A DNA stretch of 63,976 nt, filler included, from Perkinsus olseni (taxonomy: Eukaryota): NCBI GenBank assembly GCA_013115125.1. It is 10 parts of 10 records of this genome, joined end to end, with 100 filler letters (N's around TTAATTAATTAA, not from the genome) between each part and the next. Parts side by side here need not be neighbours in the genome. Positions count along the whole stretch, not along the records: positions 6,585 to 13,066 come from JABANN010001094.1; positions 13,167 to 19,647 come from JABANN010001095.1; positions 19,748 to 26,226 come from JABANN010001096.1; 7 more parts are not named here. The stretch is one strand, 5' to 3'. Of this stretch, positions 12,940 through 25,752 are shown in pieces. The notes beneath the pieces were generated by a model. That model was not told the origin of the DNA. It saw only the letters and a list, made by a program, of their open reading frames with translations, and did no database searches. A program made the position numbers and the translations under genes. The stretch's first letter is position 1. Each line of letters starts with the position of its first letter.

Positions 12940-13066
12940 TTATCGAGTACCCAAATTGTATTTCTTGGGTTGAAGGAAATAATCGATGACATTGTTAACG
13001 ACGACTTCCAACTTCTCCTGAGCCTTCTCCATACTCTCCTTATCGTTAGCCTCACAGTAGTACTTA
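12940..13066 (-). CDS. PGM2: Phosphoglucomutase-2/phosphopentomutase-like, 3' end, copy 2 (inverted)
   Basis: Reverse complement of 6585-6711 with a few substitutions (synonymous changes plus one H>Y). Homology continues about 170 nt into the 3' UTR. Confidence 0.7.
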
Positions 13067-13449
13067 NNNNNNNNNNNNNNNNNNNNNNNNNNNNNNNNNN
13101 NNNNNNNNNNTTAATTAATTAANNNNNNNNNNNNNNNNNNNNNNNNNNNNNNNNNNNNNNNNNNNNTGCGAGGTTATCTATCATCTCGATGCAGTGACTG
13201 CAAGCAAGGAAGATCGATACTGCAATGCAGTGTATAGTGCAGTGTAAACCGACCGTGATATGCCAACGGGGTATGTGGCACTGTTGTTAACAGTCTGTTG
13301 ATATGTATAACGGAATCTGTGGTACTGTTAATATGTGCGACGGAGTATGTGGCACCGCTAGCCCTTCTACGCTACATCTGAGCTAGAAAGGGTCGAGGCA
13401 GAGAGAATATGGGTGAGAGTCTTCCTACGTCACAAAAATTTCATACAAT

Positions 13450-13492
13450 ACTCGTCAAGCGCAGGCGTCATTGGGCCCTGCGCTTGACGAGT
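13450..13492. repeat. Perfect inverted repeat, 16-bp stem and 11-nt loop
   Basis: ACTCGTCAAGCGCAGG (13450-13465) pairs with CCTGCGCTTGACGAGT (13477-13492), at the probable 3' end of the MLO-like gene. Confidence 0.9.
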
Positions 13493-16400
13493 TTGGCGCC
13501 GCGCCAAAGAGAAGCGCGCATTTGCTGTTGGCAACTGACTCGTTGATGACTTGAGACCGGAATCCTCGATCTCACATCATAATAAAGAGACTATCAGCGC
13601 ACGCAGTATACTCTGGCAGCGCGACCAAACCCCGGTGTAGTCTCACCACGAGATTCTTGAACTCTCGGAGATTCAGGCATCCGTCACCGTCGACGTCAAA
13701 AATATCCACCCAATCATTCAAAACTACCTAACATGTCACAGAATTAAAGCGGAGCGAAACAGCATACAAGAGATAGCCGAGCAACGCAGTGCTCGGCACT
13801 ATTCTCAGTGAGACGTGCATGGGCGAATACCTCAGCATCTCCTCTGTTTATTCCTTGTGCCACTATAGCTCGCCGAAGCTCATCTCGCTGGAGTCGACCG
13901 TTGTGATCGATATCGTACAATTTGAAGACTAGCTCCGTCACCCCTGGGACATGCTGAAATGTGACAGGCCCCTCCAAAGCCTCCTTTATCACGGTTCCGT
14001 GCGGCACGACTGTGCTTAAGTACATCATGATACGACTCGTGCCAAACCCAACCATAGCGAAACGTCGGCTTAGCCGACGCGACTCTTCAGCATGCATGCG
14101 CAGCGACACTCACCAAGCGACGCGACATTCTAGTCGACCGTCTCATCCTATTGGCCATTCTGTCCACGGCTGACCAACGTTCAGCAACCGCGTCGAATCT
14201 GGTAGCATAAAGTGGTGTACACCCATGCTTCCCACCACTACTCATCGTCAACAGTCGATGCGGCTGCCGGTGCTAACTCGAAAAGACTCTCTTGCAGGTT
14301 GTACGTCGGGTTCGGTCTCTCTTCTGTCTGGCTCGCCAAGATTGCATCTCTCGCTTCATCAAGGACCACTTTATTTCGCAGTGCGCGAAAGATACGCAGG
14401 AACCGCAGCCTGAATAGATGCTGGAATTCTCTTATTGCGAGCGGTTAAGTTAAGATAGCAATTATGAAGAATGGTTCGTCGGAGATGCATCCTCGGTTTG
14501 GTAAACGCTATTGCAAACCGCGTAGTGCGTTGTTTATTTCACCATGCCTATCACGATGGCTACCGCATGACGCAGTTTATGTCGAATTCGTCATGTATTC
14601 GCCTCAAACACTCTCAGGCGTGAACCCGAATTACTGGGCAGAGGCAGATATCACTTCTTACAGTTGCCAGTGGTACAGGGAGTAATTCGTACAGAGTCCA
14701 TCTGGTACGTGTTTGATCAGTACATCCTATTCTCGTCTCGTGTCAACTGACGCAGTAGCTGTATTACAGCTGCCGGGCAACTGTTGCCCCTCGTACAAAA
14801 TCTTCTGGTACAATCGCCGCTCGTGAGGTGGCTTTCAGTACAGTTGCTCCTCGTGCAGTGTCTTCTGGTACAGTTGCCACTCGTGCAGTGTCTTCTGGTA
14901 CAGTTGCCGCTCGTGCAGTGTCTTCTGGTACAGTTGCCACTCGTGCAGTGTCCTCTGGTACAGTTTCTCCTCGTGCAGTGTCTTCTGGTATAGTTTCCAC
15001 TCGTGCGGTGGCTTTCAGTACAGTTGCTCCTCGTGCAGTGTCCTCTGGTACAGTTTAAGCTCGCCAGTTGCAAGTGGAAACTGTTGCAACTTTCTTATAG
15101 TATAAGACTTATACTAAGAAGATGTTCCAACGATTCTATGAACAAGCCGATTCGCTCGAAGTCCGCGCGTGATTAGTACTCTGCCTAACAGTTACTGTTC
15201 CTCACCTTTTAACTCTCACTTCCTTCTCTACCGTCTGCTCAATGATATTAGCCCTCTTCATCAGCTCGGTCGCCGTTGCCGGAGTAAAGTAGTACAAAAA
15301 CCCCGGGACCTGATTTGATCGACACCCCATCGACAGATAACAGCCGTCTTCAAGCGTGCTGCTATAGCAATACCGACCATGCGCCAAATCTGGTGGAAGA
15401 TGAGGATAACAACTATACCAGCAAAAACATCTACAAGCGCCAACTCCGCACTGTGATCGGTTTCGGCATCGTCACTGAGAAAAGGCAGAGCAAGCGATTA
15501 CCATGCATTAAGATTACACATGCCGGCCGTCGTGGAGTTGCATATTGTGAATGAGGAATTACTCACTCGCAAGAGGCGGCTCTCTTACGCCACTCAGACG
15601 AGAAGTCGAGAGGTTCAAAGCGTCTCACTCAAGCGCTTTTCTCAAAGCGTGGGCAAACTCGAGAAAAACAACTCCGGTGGCATCATTGGTGTCAAACGAT
15701 CCATAGTTTTCCATTCAACGAGAAATCTCCAACTTAGGCGAACACGGCGACTCTTTTCTGCTTACTCGGGGAAGAGTTCACCATTGAGGCCGAGCACTAG
15801 AATGCGTATAACCAGCGATAGGAGAACCGCATCAAGGAGCAGTATGAGCTGTAGTACGCCGAAAATGAACGTCTGAAAAGAACAATCACTGGTCGACCAC
15901 CATCAACTTTGTGCACAGCGGGCTTTCAGGCCGTTGCACAGTACGGAATACAAAGAGCTTTCGCGATAATGGTAGGCGAGTGAATCCACCCACGTGACCA
16001 CAGTCGCTATGAGGGAAAATGCTTGACTCCCAACGCTGCTGCATCGCACTAGCCATTTCGATTCTTTCCGACAACGTTCATGACCGAAGGGACGGCCGCT
16101 GACTCACAGGTCCATTCGCCCAGAACCAAAACATAGATTCCTGCTGGTTAGGTGCATCCGTCCCCGTGATGATGAGATACAATCTGCTCGTGAGCAGAGG
16201 TATCCATCCAGTACCGGTTGCAGCGCCAGTAATCATACCAAAGTGCCCTCGCAGGAGGAATGGAGGGGGCAGAAGCTCCGACTGTTGACTAAAAGAACGA
16301 AAAAACTGAGTAAGCGTCGCCCAAGTGAGCCTCGCTTGCCCATGATGGAGGGCCCATCGGACGGGTTCCGTCCGACGGAAGCAGCTTCCAAGAGATTTCA

Positions 16401-18057
16401 CTAACCAAGCATTACTGGAAAGCTCTTAATCATTGAAATTTCAATCGGCGCATACCAGTGCCACTGGTCCAGTGGTATATACCACGAGGCCGACCAGGTT
16501 TAAGGTTTTCGGCGCAATTTCTCGATCACAACCCGTGGCGGGACTCTCTAGCACTCACGTTGAGCACACAGATATTCCACCTGATCAGTGTGAGTACTCT
16601 GTGATCTATCATAGATTTCAGCAACACGGGAGGCATGCAGGGATGACCATCTCTACCCACCTCTCCTCGCCGCTGCTGACAAGGCTTTTTGTGCTCTCCT
16701 CCCCAGCTGCCTCGGGTACTTCCATCCGACCCGATCTGGACTTACCGATGCCTTTCGTTCCTATGTCTGCAAGTGAACCGCTACAATTCTCCATAGCGTT
16801 CGGGTCTCCTTTACCATTGGTCTCGATCGCCCCGGGCAAATCGACCGCTACGGATTCCCTAGCACTTTTATCATCTGAGCCGCTACAACCTCCTTCGCCC
16901 CCTTCCAGCCGAAAGTTACCAACCGCCAAATTTGGCACGGTCGGTCGGATGTCGCTTTCCTGATCCTCTGCGACAGCCTCTACCTGGCTTTCCACGGGAG
17001 CTAAAGAAATTCTAGAGGCATTTTTTTTGAATCTTTTCACAGCTCTATTCACAGTCCATACCGCTCCTATCTTATCATGCAGTTTCCTCAGGCGGTCCTC
17101 TGCCTTGTCTTCTAGCTGCATTGTATATGTCCTAGCAAGCGCGCCGGACCTCGCTGAATCCACTTCTCTCTTCGATATACCCCCGTTGGTGTCTTCAAAT
17201 TGTTCCACAAACGACAAGGGAAGCTTCGCCGGCAAAAGCGCCACGAAAATGCTTCTCACGTGACGAGTGAGGAGAAGCAATCCCAAATCCAGCAGCAGTA
17301 CCATCCCAACTACTGCTATCATCAAGTAAGTCCCTCCAAGGGTGTACAGCGGCCTCGCAGCCATCGCAAGGCCCAGGAGGCCAATAGTGACGGCCTTGGA
17401 AGGATTGACAATCCGAATGGTGTCCTCCACCAAGCAATTACGAAGGTACTTGTGAAATGGAAAGGTTCGCGGATCCGCCCCGCGTTTCTTCGGATCGATC
17501 CCGCCAGCGTACGGGAAAAGGAAAGAGAATCTCAGAAGCTTGTAGTGGTATAGCCCGATGAGGGTCTTCTTAGCCTTGTTGTGCATTTCGTTGGCTCGAT
17601 CAACCGCAATGCAGACTCGAGCGGTATTGGCGTACTCTGCCGCATTCCACTCGACGACGACTGCCGATAGCCTCCATGTTAGTAAAGACACAATGAGGAC
17701 ATACGTGACCATTACCAGGAAGACTATTAAGTGTACCAGATGAAAGTGGTGAAGAAGTTCATAATGGCCCAGCTCTAAAGATTTGGCCAACGACTCTAAG
17801 ATGTTCGAGCGTTCGATGATATGCAAGACCACTCCGACAAAGCCGAGTATGGTGAGCTCCCGGAAGAAGCCTTCGGCCAGTTTGATGAAGAGCTCAGGGT
17901 CATGTTTTCTGCTCATTATTTTCATTATCATATGCTGAGCCCACTCGAACAACAAAGATAGTACTGCAACAAACGCCACCAGGCCCATCAAGACGTTGGC
18001 CGCTGTGGCGCTCAGACCTTCATCAGATGACGATGGTGTAGAAGGGGACCCGGCCAT
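13467..18057 (-). CDS. MLO-like multi-TM protein with two C-terminal EF-hands, multi-exon (3' end approximate)
   Basis: MLO-type motifs SLLFEW, RELTILGFV, HLVHLIVFL, FPFHKYLRNCL and MFWFW. The splice VRVKR|LRFLRIF is in phase across intron 15205-14410. EF loops are DIDHNGRLQRDE and DVDGDGCLNLRE. Confidence 0.8.
14780..15058. repeat. 30-bp minisatellite, about 9 copies, inside the long MLO intron
   Basis: Unit CTCGTGCAGTGTCTTCTGGTACAGTTGCCA repeated in tandem with variants. Confidence 0.92.
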
Positions 18058-18121
18058 GGAATCAGAGAAAACGATTCAAACCATGGATCTGGCATGTACT
18101 ATGATCCAATGGCAACTCCAG

Positions 18122-18817
18122 GAGCCCGTTCAAGTGCTCCAATTTCCGAGTCTTAGTTCTCGGAAAGAGCACCCTTCCGAGCTCAGAGAAAAATTGTCCG
18201 TTCAAGTGCAAACTTTTCCCGAGTTCACTTCCCGAGGGCTAAGGAATTCTCTGCGGCCTGGAGATCCGAGCTCTCGGATAACTCGAACCGAGTTCTTAGT
18301 TCAAGTGCCGCCCACTCGGCTCGCTAAAGGTGAATCCGATTCCGAGTGGAGAGGGCTAGTGTTTCCGAGTCCTTTCGAAACCCGAACTTCCTGCGAACGC
18401 AACGCTTCCGTTCCCTTGGATCATACTATGCTATGGAATGATTACTACCAGTAATGTAGCTACTCGGAATAGCCTATTCCTCACTGTGAGGGCCTCATAC
18501 TGCGAACTCATATTGTATTGACGAGAACGAAGTAAAGAAGTTGCGTTGTGTTTCTGTCCCGCAGCGCGTTTCGTCGCAGGAATTAGTTCACCGAGTAAGG
18601 CTACTTTTCCGAGTCGGAGACATTTCTCACAGCAATGACTTGAACACGAGAAAAATTGACTCGGGATTCGTACTTTGCAAAACAGCTCAGAAATGCGACC
18701 AAACCGAGCGGCCGGACTTGAACAGACGATTACTCGGAACTCGTTCACTAGGAGTACTGACTCGGAGGGAAGTACTCAGACTCGGAACTCGGAAGTGTTT
18801 TGCACTTGAACGGGCTC
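18122..18817. mobile_element. Non-autonomous TIR element (MITE), PIF/Harbinger-like
   Basis: Perfect 16-bp TIR GAGCCCGTTCAAGTGC / GCACTTGAACGGGCTC and 3-bp TSD CAG (18119-18121, 18818-18820). Internal GTTCAAGT and CCGAG/CTCGG motifs are repeated. Confidence 0.8.
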
Positions 18818-19477
18818 CAGGTCGCCAACTTCCCAGTTAATACACGTCGCTGTGTATCGATATGACGGAACCCCTAACCCAGCGCGTGGCAACAGTCTTT
18901 CGAGGCAAAAGTTTTGACGAACTCCCAGCTGGTTTAACTCTCGCGTTGCAGTAGGTGTAGTTGCAGAACACAACATGAGTAGATTGGGCTCATAGTGGAC
19001 GAGAAAGAGCACGTGTGAAGAGTACTAGTCGAGAGAATCGAGTTGATGATGCGAAGCTGGTATGACCACAGCTAGAAAGTGTTATGTAGAAAGTGCAGCA
19101 CTGGAAATATCTTAACCCAAGTTATTGATCTCCTCTCGCCTGACTGGCGACTCGCCAGTGCGGAGTAGCCGTCCGGTTCATATCCTTGACTTCAGTGAAA
19201 TAGTTTCCCTGAGTTCATCCAGCGAGTGACGCGACACACCGAATAGAATGGCGTTGAAAATATGGCGTTATAATGTGCGGACGGCTATAATGTGCGTTAT
19301 ATGTGGTTACCCGCTAGTCGATTAGCAACTGTTCAAGTATAGAAAATAACCCAGAGCAGTTCGAGAATGATCGAGTATATTGAGGACACAACTCCTTTGT
19401 GTGTGCGACCAAGCCAGCAAGTGCCTACAAGGTGTAGGCTACAACTGGATATCGGGGTAGGTTGGCTCTGCATCCCG

Positions 19478-19647
19478 GGGCCTATTCAAGTGCTTTTCGT
19501 TTCCGGGTTCTGAGTCCGAGGGAAATTTACCAGGCCCCGAGTCCGAGGATTAGTTTTCCGAGACTTGAGTGCTTGAGCTAATTTTACGGGTATTATCTCC
19601 GATTTCCGAGTACGGGTCACAATTCCAACTGTTTAAGTGCACCTCTA
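19478..19647. mobile_element. Left end of a related MITE, truncated by contig end
   Basis: GGGCCTATTCAAGTGC matches the 18122 TIR at 13/16 positions and is followed by the same CCGAG-rich motifs. Confidence 0.55.
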
Positions 19648-19747
19648 NNNNNNNNNNNNNNNNNNNNNNNNNNNNNNNNNNNNNNNNNNNNTTAATTAAT
19701 TAANNNNNNNNNNNNNNNNNNNNNNNNNNNNNNNNNNNNNNNNNNNN

Positions 19748-22248
19748 CCACTAGTACTACTACGTCGACCACGACGACCACTAGTACTACTACGTCGACC
19801 ACGACGACCACTAGTACTACCACGTCGACCACGACGACCACTAGTACTACCACGTCGACCACGACGATCACTAGTACTACCACGTCGACCACGTCGACAA
19901 CGACGACGACCAGCACTACCACTAGTACTACTACGTCGACCAGCACTACCACTGGTACTACTACGTCGACCACGACGACCACTAGTACTACGACGTCGAC
20001 CAGCACTACCACTAGTACTACTACGTCGACCACGACGACGACCAGCGCTACCACTAGTACTACTACGTCGACCACGACGACGACCAGCGCTACCACTAGT
20101 ATTACTACGTCGACCACGGCGACGACCAGCACTACCACTAGTATTACTACGTCGACCACGGCGACGACCAGCACTACCACTAGTACTACTACGTCGACCA
20201 CGACGACCACCAGTACTACTACGTCGACCAGCACTACCACTAGTACTCCTATGTCGACCGCAACTACTACAACGGCTGCGGTTGTGACTACCACAACTAC
20301 AACTAGTGGAGGTGGAGACTGCGTCGATGCTGATGCGTTCTGTGACTCTATCAAGCTTCACTCTTATTGCATGTACTGGAAGCTACCTAGTACGTGCCAT
20401 GGAACAGACGTCCCGTGTTCGTGCGATAGTCGCACCACCACGACTGAGGTTGTGACTACACCCAGTACCACCACGGCTGCGGTTGTGACTACCACCAGTA
20501 CCACGACGGCTGCGGTTGTGACTACCACCAGTACCACGACGGCTGCGGTTGTGACTACCACCAATACCACGACGGCTGCGGTTGTGACTACCACCAATAC
20601 CACGACGGCTGCGGTTGTGACTACCACCAGTACCACCACGGCTGCGGTTGTGACTACCACCAGTACCACCACGGCTGCGGTTGTTTCTACCACAACTACA
20701 AGTAGTGGAGGTGGAGACTGCGTCGATGCTGATGCGTTCTGCAATTCTATCAAGCCTCACTCTTATTGCATGTACTGGAAACTACCCAGTACGTGCCATG
20801 GAACAGACGTCCCGTGCTCGTGTGATAGTCGCACCACCACGGCTGCGGTTGTGGCTACCACCAGTACCACTACGGCTGAGGTTGTGACTACCAGCGGTAC
20901 CACTACGGCTGCGGTTGTGACTACCAGCGGTACCACTACGGCTGCGGTTGTGACTACCAGCGGTACCACGACGGTTGCGGTTGTGACTACCAGCGGTACC
21001 ACGACGGCTGCGGTTGTGACTACCAGCGGTACCACGACGGCTGCGGTTGTGACTACCACCAGTACCACCACGGCTGAGGTTGTGACTACCACCAGTACCA
21101 CCACGGCTGAGGTTGTGACTACCACCAGTACCACCACAGCTGAGGTCGTGACTACCACCAGTACCACCACGGCTGGGGTTGTGACTACCACCAGTACCAC
21201 CACGACGGCGAAGGTTGTGACTACCACCAATACCACGACGGCGGAGGTTGTGACTACCACCAGTACCACGACGGCGGAGGTTGTGACCACCACAACTACA
21301 ACTGGTGGAGGTGGAAACTGCGTCGATGCTGATGCGTTCTGTGACTCTATCAAGCCTCACTCTTATTGCATGTACTGGAAGCTACCTAGTACGTGCCATG
21401 GAACAGACGTCCCGTGCTCGTGTGATAGTCGCACCACCACGACTGAGGTTGTGACTACCGCCAGTACCACCACGACTGCGGTTGTGACTACCACCAGCAC
21501 CACCACGGCTGCGGTTGTGACTACCACCAGCACCACCACGGCTGCGGTTGTGACTACCACCAGTACCACTACGACTGCGGTTGTGACTACCACCAGCACC
21601 ACCACGGGTGCGGTTGTGACTACCACCAGCACCACCACGGCTGCGGTTATGACTACCACCAGCACCACCGCGGCTGCGGTTATGACCACCACTACCACCA
21701 CTACGCCTGCGGTTGTGACAACCGCTACTTCCACAACGGCTGAGAGTATAACAACCAGCATGAGTACTACCAGTAGCTCGACTCCCGCTGTGGTTGTGAC
21801 TACCACAACTACAACTAGTGGAGGCGGGGATTGCGTCGATGCTGACGCGTTCTGTGACTCTATCAAGCCTCACTCTTATTGCATGTACTGGCAGTACCCG
21901 AGTAAATGTCACGGAACAGACGTCCAGTGCTCATGTGCTGGCCAAACCAGTTCTACGACTTCTGCCGAGTCCTCGACTGTTACTACCACCCAACCGAAGA
22001 CCACCTCCTTTAAATCAACAACGACTACTACGTCCAGAAGTGATACTATCGCAACGAGTACGTCGACGAGCACATTGACTTCTACTATAAGCGGCCCACC
22101 ATGTGCGTCCGGTGATGCCTATTGTGATTCCATCATGCCCGGTTCGTACTGCATGTATTGGAACTCGCCTCCTGCCTGTTACGGCTCAGGGCATAGGAGA
22201 CTGAACGGCCGTCAACTGCATCCGTTGACGCTTTGCGAGTGTGATTGA
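19748..22248 (+). CDS. Thr-rich mucin-like protein with five Cys-rich modules (5'-truncated)
   Basis: Open frame from the contig start. TTTSTT/TTTAAVV repeats alternate with four copies of CVDADAFCDSIKPHSYCMYW..CHGTDVPCSC plus one diverged copy. Confidence 0.85.
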
Positions 22249-23149
22249 AGCCTGCTATGTGACTCAAGCGATATCAATGTCATATCGTTTACTTCAACAA
22301 AGTTTGAACTCATTTTTCTAACATCTACGCTATTTCTAATCTCTATTCACAAGATCTCTATCAACAACGTTGGAAGCTATTACCGGTGTATGAATTCAAA
22401 AGGTGTATGTTGCACTCCTACTACGTCTTTGAATGCTGATTTTACTAGTGCCTCGGGCTCTTTCTTAATTCGATTGGGAGTCGAGTTGAGTCAAAGCTAG
22501 TGCTTACCGAGGTTTGTGTCTTTGGTTCCTTGCAACGGAAGGCTACGACTCCTGAAGCGTTGAAGCTCTCTCAGGGGGTCCCAGTGAATTCATGTGAAAG
22601 CAAAGTCTTTGGCGGTTCCGTGTGGTAGACATATGTGTTTGTCGTTCACGGTTCCTGCTCGACCTGTACTCGTGAATCGCGCTTCAACCTGCGTCTAGTT
22701 TCTTTTGATTAGGTACTCTTGCGGCGATTGGCCTCATCGGCGGCGAGGAGCTCTTGTCCTTTGGTGCTCCGGGGTCTCGCCGACTCCGCGAAGCTCTCGT
22801 GTGTAAGCTCATTCATCACAATCACCCCCAAATCAGGATCCGCATACCTACCCTGAACACCATTTCAATCCCACCGGACCACCGTGAATGCAAGTCGCTC
22901 ACAAAATGGGCCCTCAGCAAGACTAAAGCGCAGTTCCTCGGCTCTTCTCGACAGAGGCGAGTCATGTGCTCAGACAGCAGCTTAGACAACTTCTCGATGT
23001 CCAGCAGTTGGATTAGACCGAAGATACCTATCAGAGCGCGTGTATGGATGAGGCCACTCGTCGGCTGATGGCTGCAGACCTATCCTATCCAGTGCGGTTA
23101 ACCCATCACCCTTTGATGATCATCCTACCACAATAGCTACGAGATGTCA

Positions 23150-24128
23150 ATAGCGCAAGTAAATGTCCATAATCAGATACGTTAATCAGGTTCTGATTTC
23201 AGACATGATTTTCCCGCCTTTCCGAATCGAGCTCACTCTCGCTGCATCACACTCAGATCCTATGACTCTGTCTCGCTCCTCCGCAATCAAATCACGCTTT
23301 TGGGTCCGATTCTGTCGAGATTAGATTAGATTAGCAAATCAGCCCGAAAATCAACATTCCTGTCACACTATCCGACGGAGCGGCTTCAAACCTGAAAAAA
23401 TGACGAAACAAAGATGGCGGAGCGATTCGCTGCCAGAATCCATCGACTTACGAATTTTTATGTTGAACAAGGCTACAGACGTGGTCGAAGGATCAGGTCG
23501 CCGATGAATCCCTCCAGGAAAGCGCGTTAGTATTGGTGGAGCGTTTAGGTTGCAGGTTACTCCTGCGAGAGACGCAGGTTCGATCCTTGTAGCTACGAAT
23601 TCGACGGCTTTCTTTAACAATAACTTTTTCTATTTTTAAGAGAGCTTGTACTCGCGAACCACAATCAGCAGTGGATGATCAGGATCAGATTCATGTACCG
23701 GTACGAAATACCCCCGGTACGCTCTAACACGTGGAAAAAGCGTGATTGATTGACTGATTGCGATTGTGTATCAAACTATCATTGTGATTGATGATTCGAA
23801 TCAGAGGCGTGACTCCCAATCAGGTAATAGATCTCGAATCAGCCATTTTTATCAGAGGCAGTTGATTTTTCTCAAGAACTCGTGATTGTGATCAGGCCCT
23901 TGATTAATTTCTCAGACACCTTGATTGATAATCACGATCGTGATTTGATTGATAATTGCAATCACAAATCACCAATCATAATCAACAATCATTGATCTGG
24001 CTCATGGGTCAGTAATAAGAATCCCTAATCGTGCATCTCAATCAGATTTATGTAATCTGGATCGGGCTTCGGGGATCAGGCACTGATTCTGAGCAATGGC
24101 TGTGATTCCTCAATCAGGATCCGCCTAC
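23150..24128. repeat. AATC/GATT-rich non-coding repeat, probable decayed MITE
   Basis: Dense AATCA/TGATT motifs. The end motif AATCAGGATCCGC also occurs near 22831. No left TIR was found. Confidence 0.4.
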
Positions 24129-25752
24129 CGACGCAGTACTCGTCGTGTGAAGCATGTGAAGTGTGCGACGAGGCCGAAATTGACTGTTAGCCTACAAGAT
24201 GTTCTCGCGTTTGCGCGATACTACTCTGAGCAAGACTTGAACCAGCAACCTTGAGTTTTGAAGTTCAACACGCTGTCGGATTGAGCCGTCAGAGCGGCAA
24301 CACTGGTGGGCAGCAGCTACCTGAGCTGTACGGGCCCCGTGATACCGAATGTATCAAATAATGTGCAACACCGCTCAATGCTACTGGGTATCTGTAGATT
24401 GACTAACGTAAATGTCCCCGATTCTCGACTACCCCTGTTCCCTTGCATGTCAGCAGGCTGACTCTTCTCGAGTCAATCGTTCAGGACCGCGAAGGGCTGG
24501 TCCATAGCAAGCCTGGGTTGAAAGATTCCTGAAAACTCTTCTCATGTTCATCCTCTCGACATGATCGTCATAGTTTCGCGTCTCCTCTCCCCTCGCGCAC
24601 GGCCGAAGACTTGTCGTCTCTGAGCGTGAGTGGGAAGAGAAGATCGTCTATAGACACAACAATGTACGCCTCGACGGCGGACTTCGAGGCCATGAGAGAC
24701 GAGTTTCGCAGCATCAGATCTTGTGGCGTGTTAGATGAAACGACTGCAGCGTCCACTTTCGTACCTGTCCGCTATTCACCGCGATGATGAGCGAAGCACT
24801 CAGAAGCGACCAACGGCAGATCACCGATAGTACATCCTCAGGCCTAACGGTATCGTTATTATGGGGCTGAGCTATGACGCGAACTATGATATCACGTTTG
24901 GAGGACCTGGTTAGCATTCCCAGTACTCAGCGTGAAGTGCTCTTAAAACCGTTATAGCAGTGGTTTTCGGCATCAGATTGCAAGAAATAAACTATGTCCG
25001 GGGAATAGGGGTCCGTCAAAGCCGAAGTAGAACTTGCGAAGCGCCAACAACAGAGCGGTGCAAAGTTCAACGTAATTTGTTGCAGCCTCCGAGGTAGGAA
25101 TCTCTCGTTCGGAGGCCGCTCACAACCCGCACGAAAAAGTGGTGCAAGAGCACTTCGAGTTTCCCGTCGAACTGCTTGAAGCTCTTCGGAGATCGTTATG
25201 CAACCCTTACGGCTCAAAGTGGATAGCTGAGCATGGCCGAAAGAGTTGGCGGGAGTCACACAGGGGACACTCGCCCAACCACAACGACAGAATTTCACGT
25301 TTTAATGGACTTTCTCAAGTTGCCGGCAAATTATACTTTTCGGGGAAGTCTCCATCGCAAGCTGACTAGAGTTGATCTCGTCACCGTTCGGAGGTGTATA
25401 GCTTCACTGTTGTATTCATTCGACTGTTTCTTGCGAATGCATAAGAAGCAGCCACATGGTATCAACGACTTGTGTGCAACCTCACGCTAGTGTCCCGTCT
25501 CGAGTGTTTCAACTGCTAGCACTGGCTCGTAGTTCGGCGGATGCTAGACTATCACGACTAAATCACGAATATTGAAATTGAGGTTGATCCAGGTCAAGTT
25601 GGTGTTGGGAGATCTTCGGAAATGTTCTTTTATTAGTTACATATTCTGTTTTCTATCCTTTAAACGATGGTAATAGCTTTCAACTCGTCATTTCATTCGT
25701 ATTTTACTTATTTGTCACGGACAGGACCAACGTAACAGCAAGAGCTGTTCAG

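Noticed and set aside
6585-13066. Terminal inverted repeats as TIRs of a large DNA transposon carrying cargo genes
   Set aside because: The repeats are coding 3' ends plus UTR of a PGM2-like gene. No transposase or TSD is visible.
14717-15073. 30-bp repeat as a CRISPR array or as real repetitive ORFs
   Set aside because: The units are contiguous with no unique spacers and no cas genes, and the repeat lies inside an in-phase intron.
19692-21912. Val-rich and Arg/Gly-rich minus-strand ORFs
   Set aside because: They are antisense shadows of the Thr-repeat mucin.
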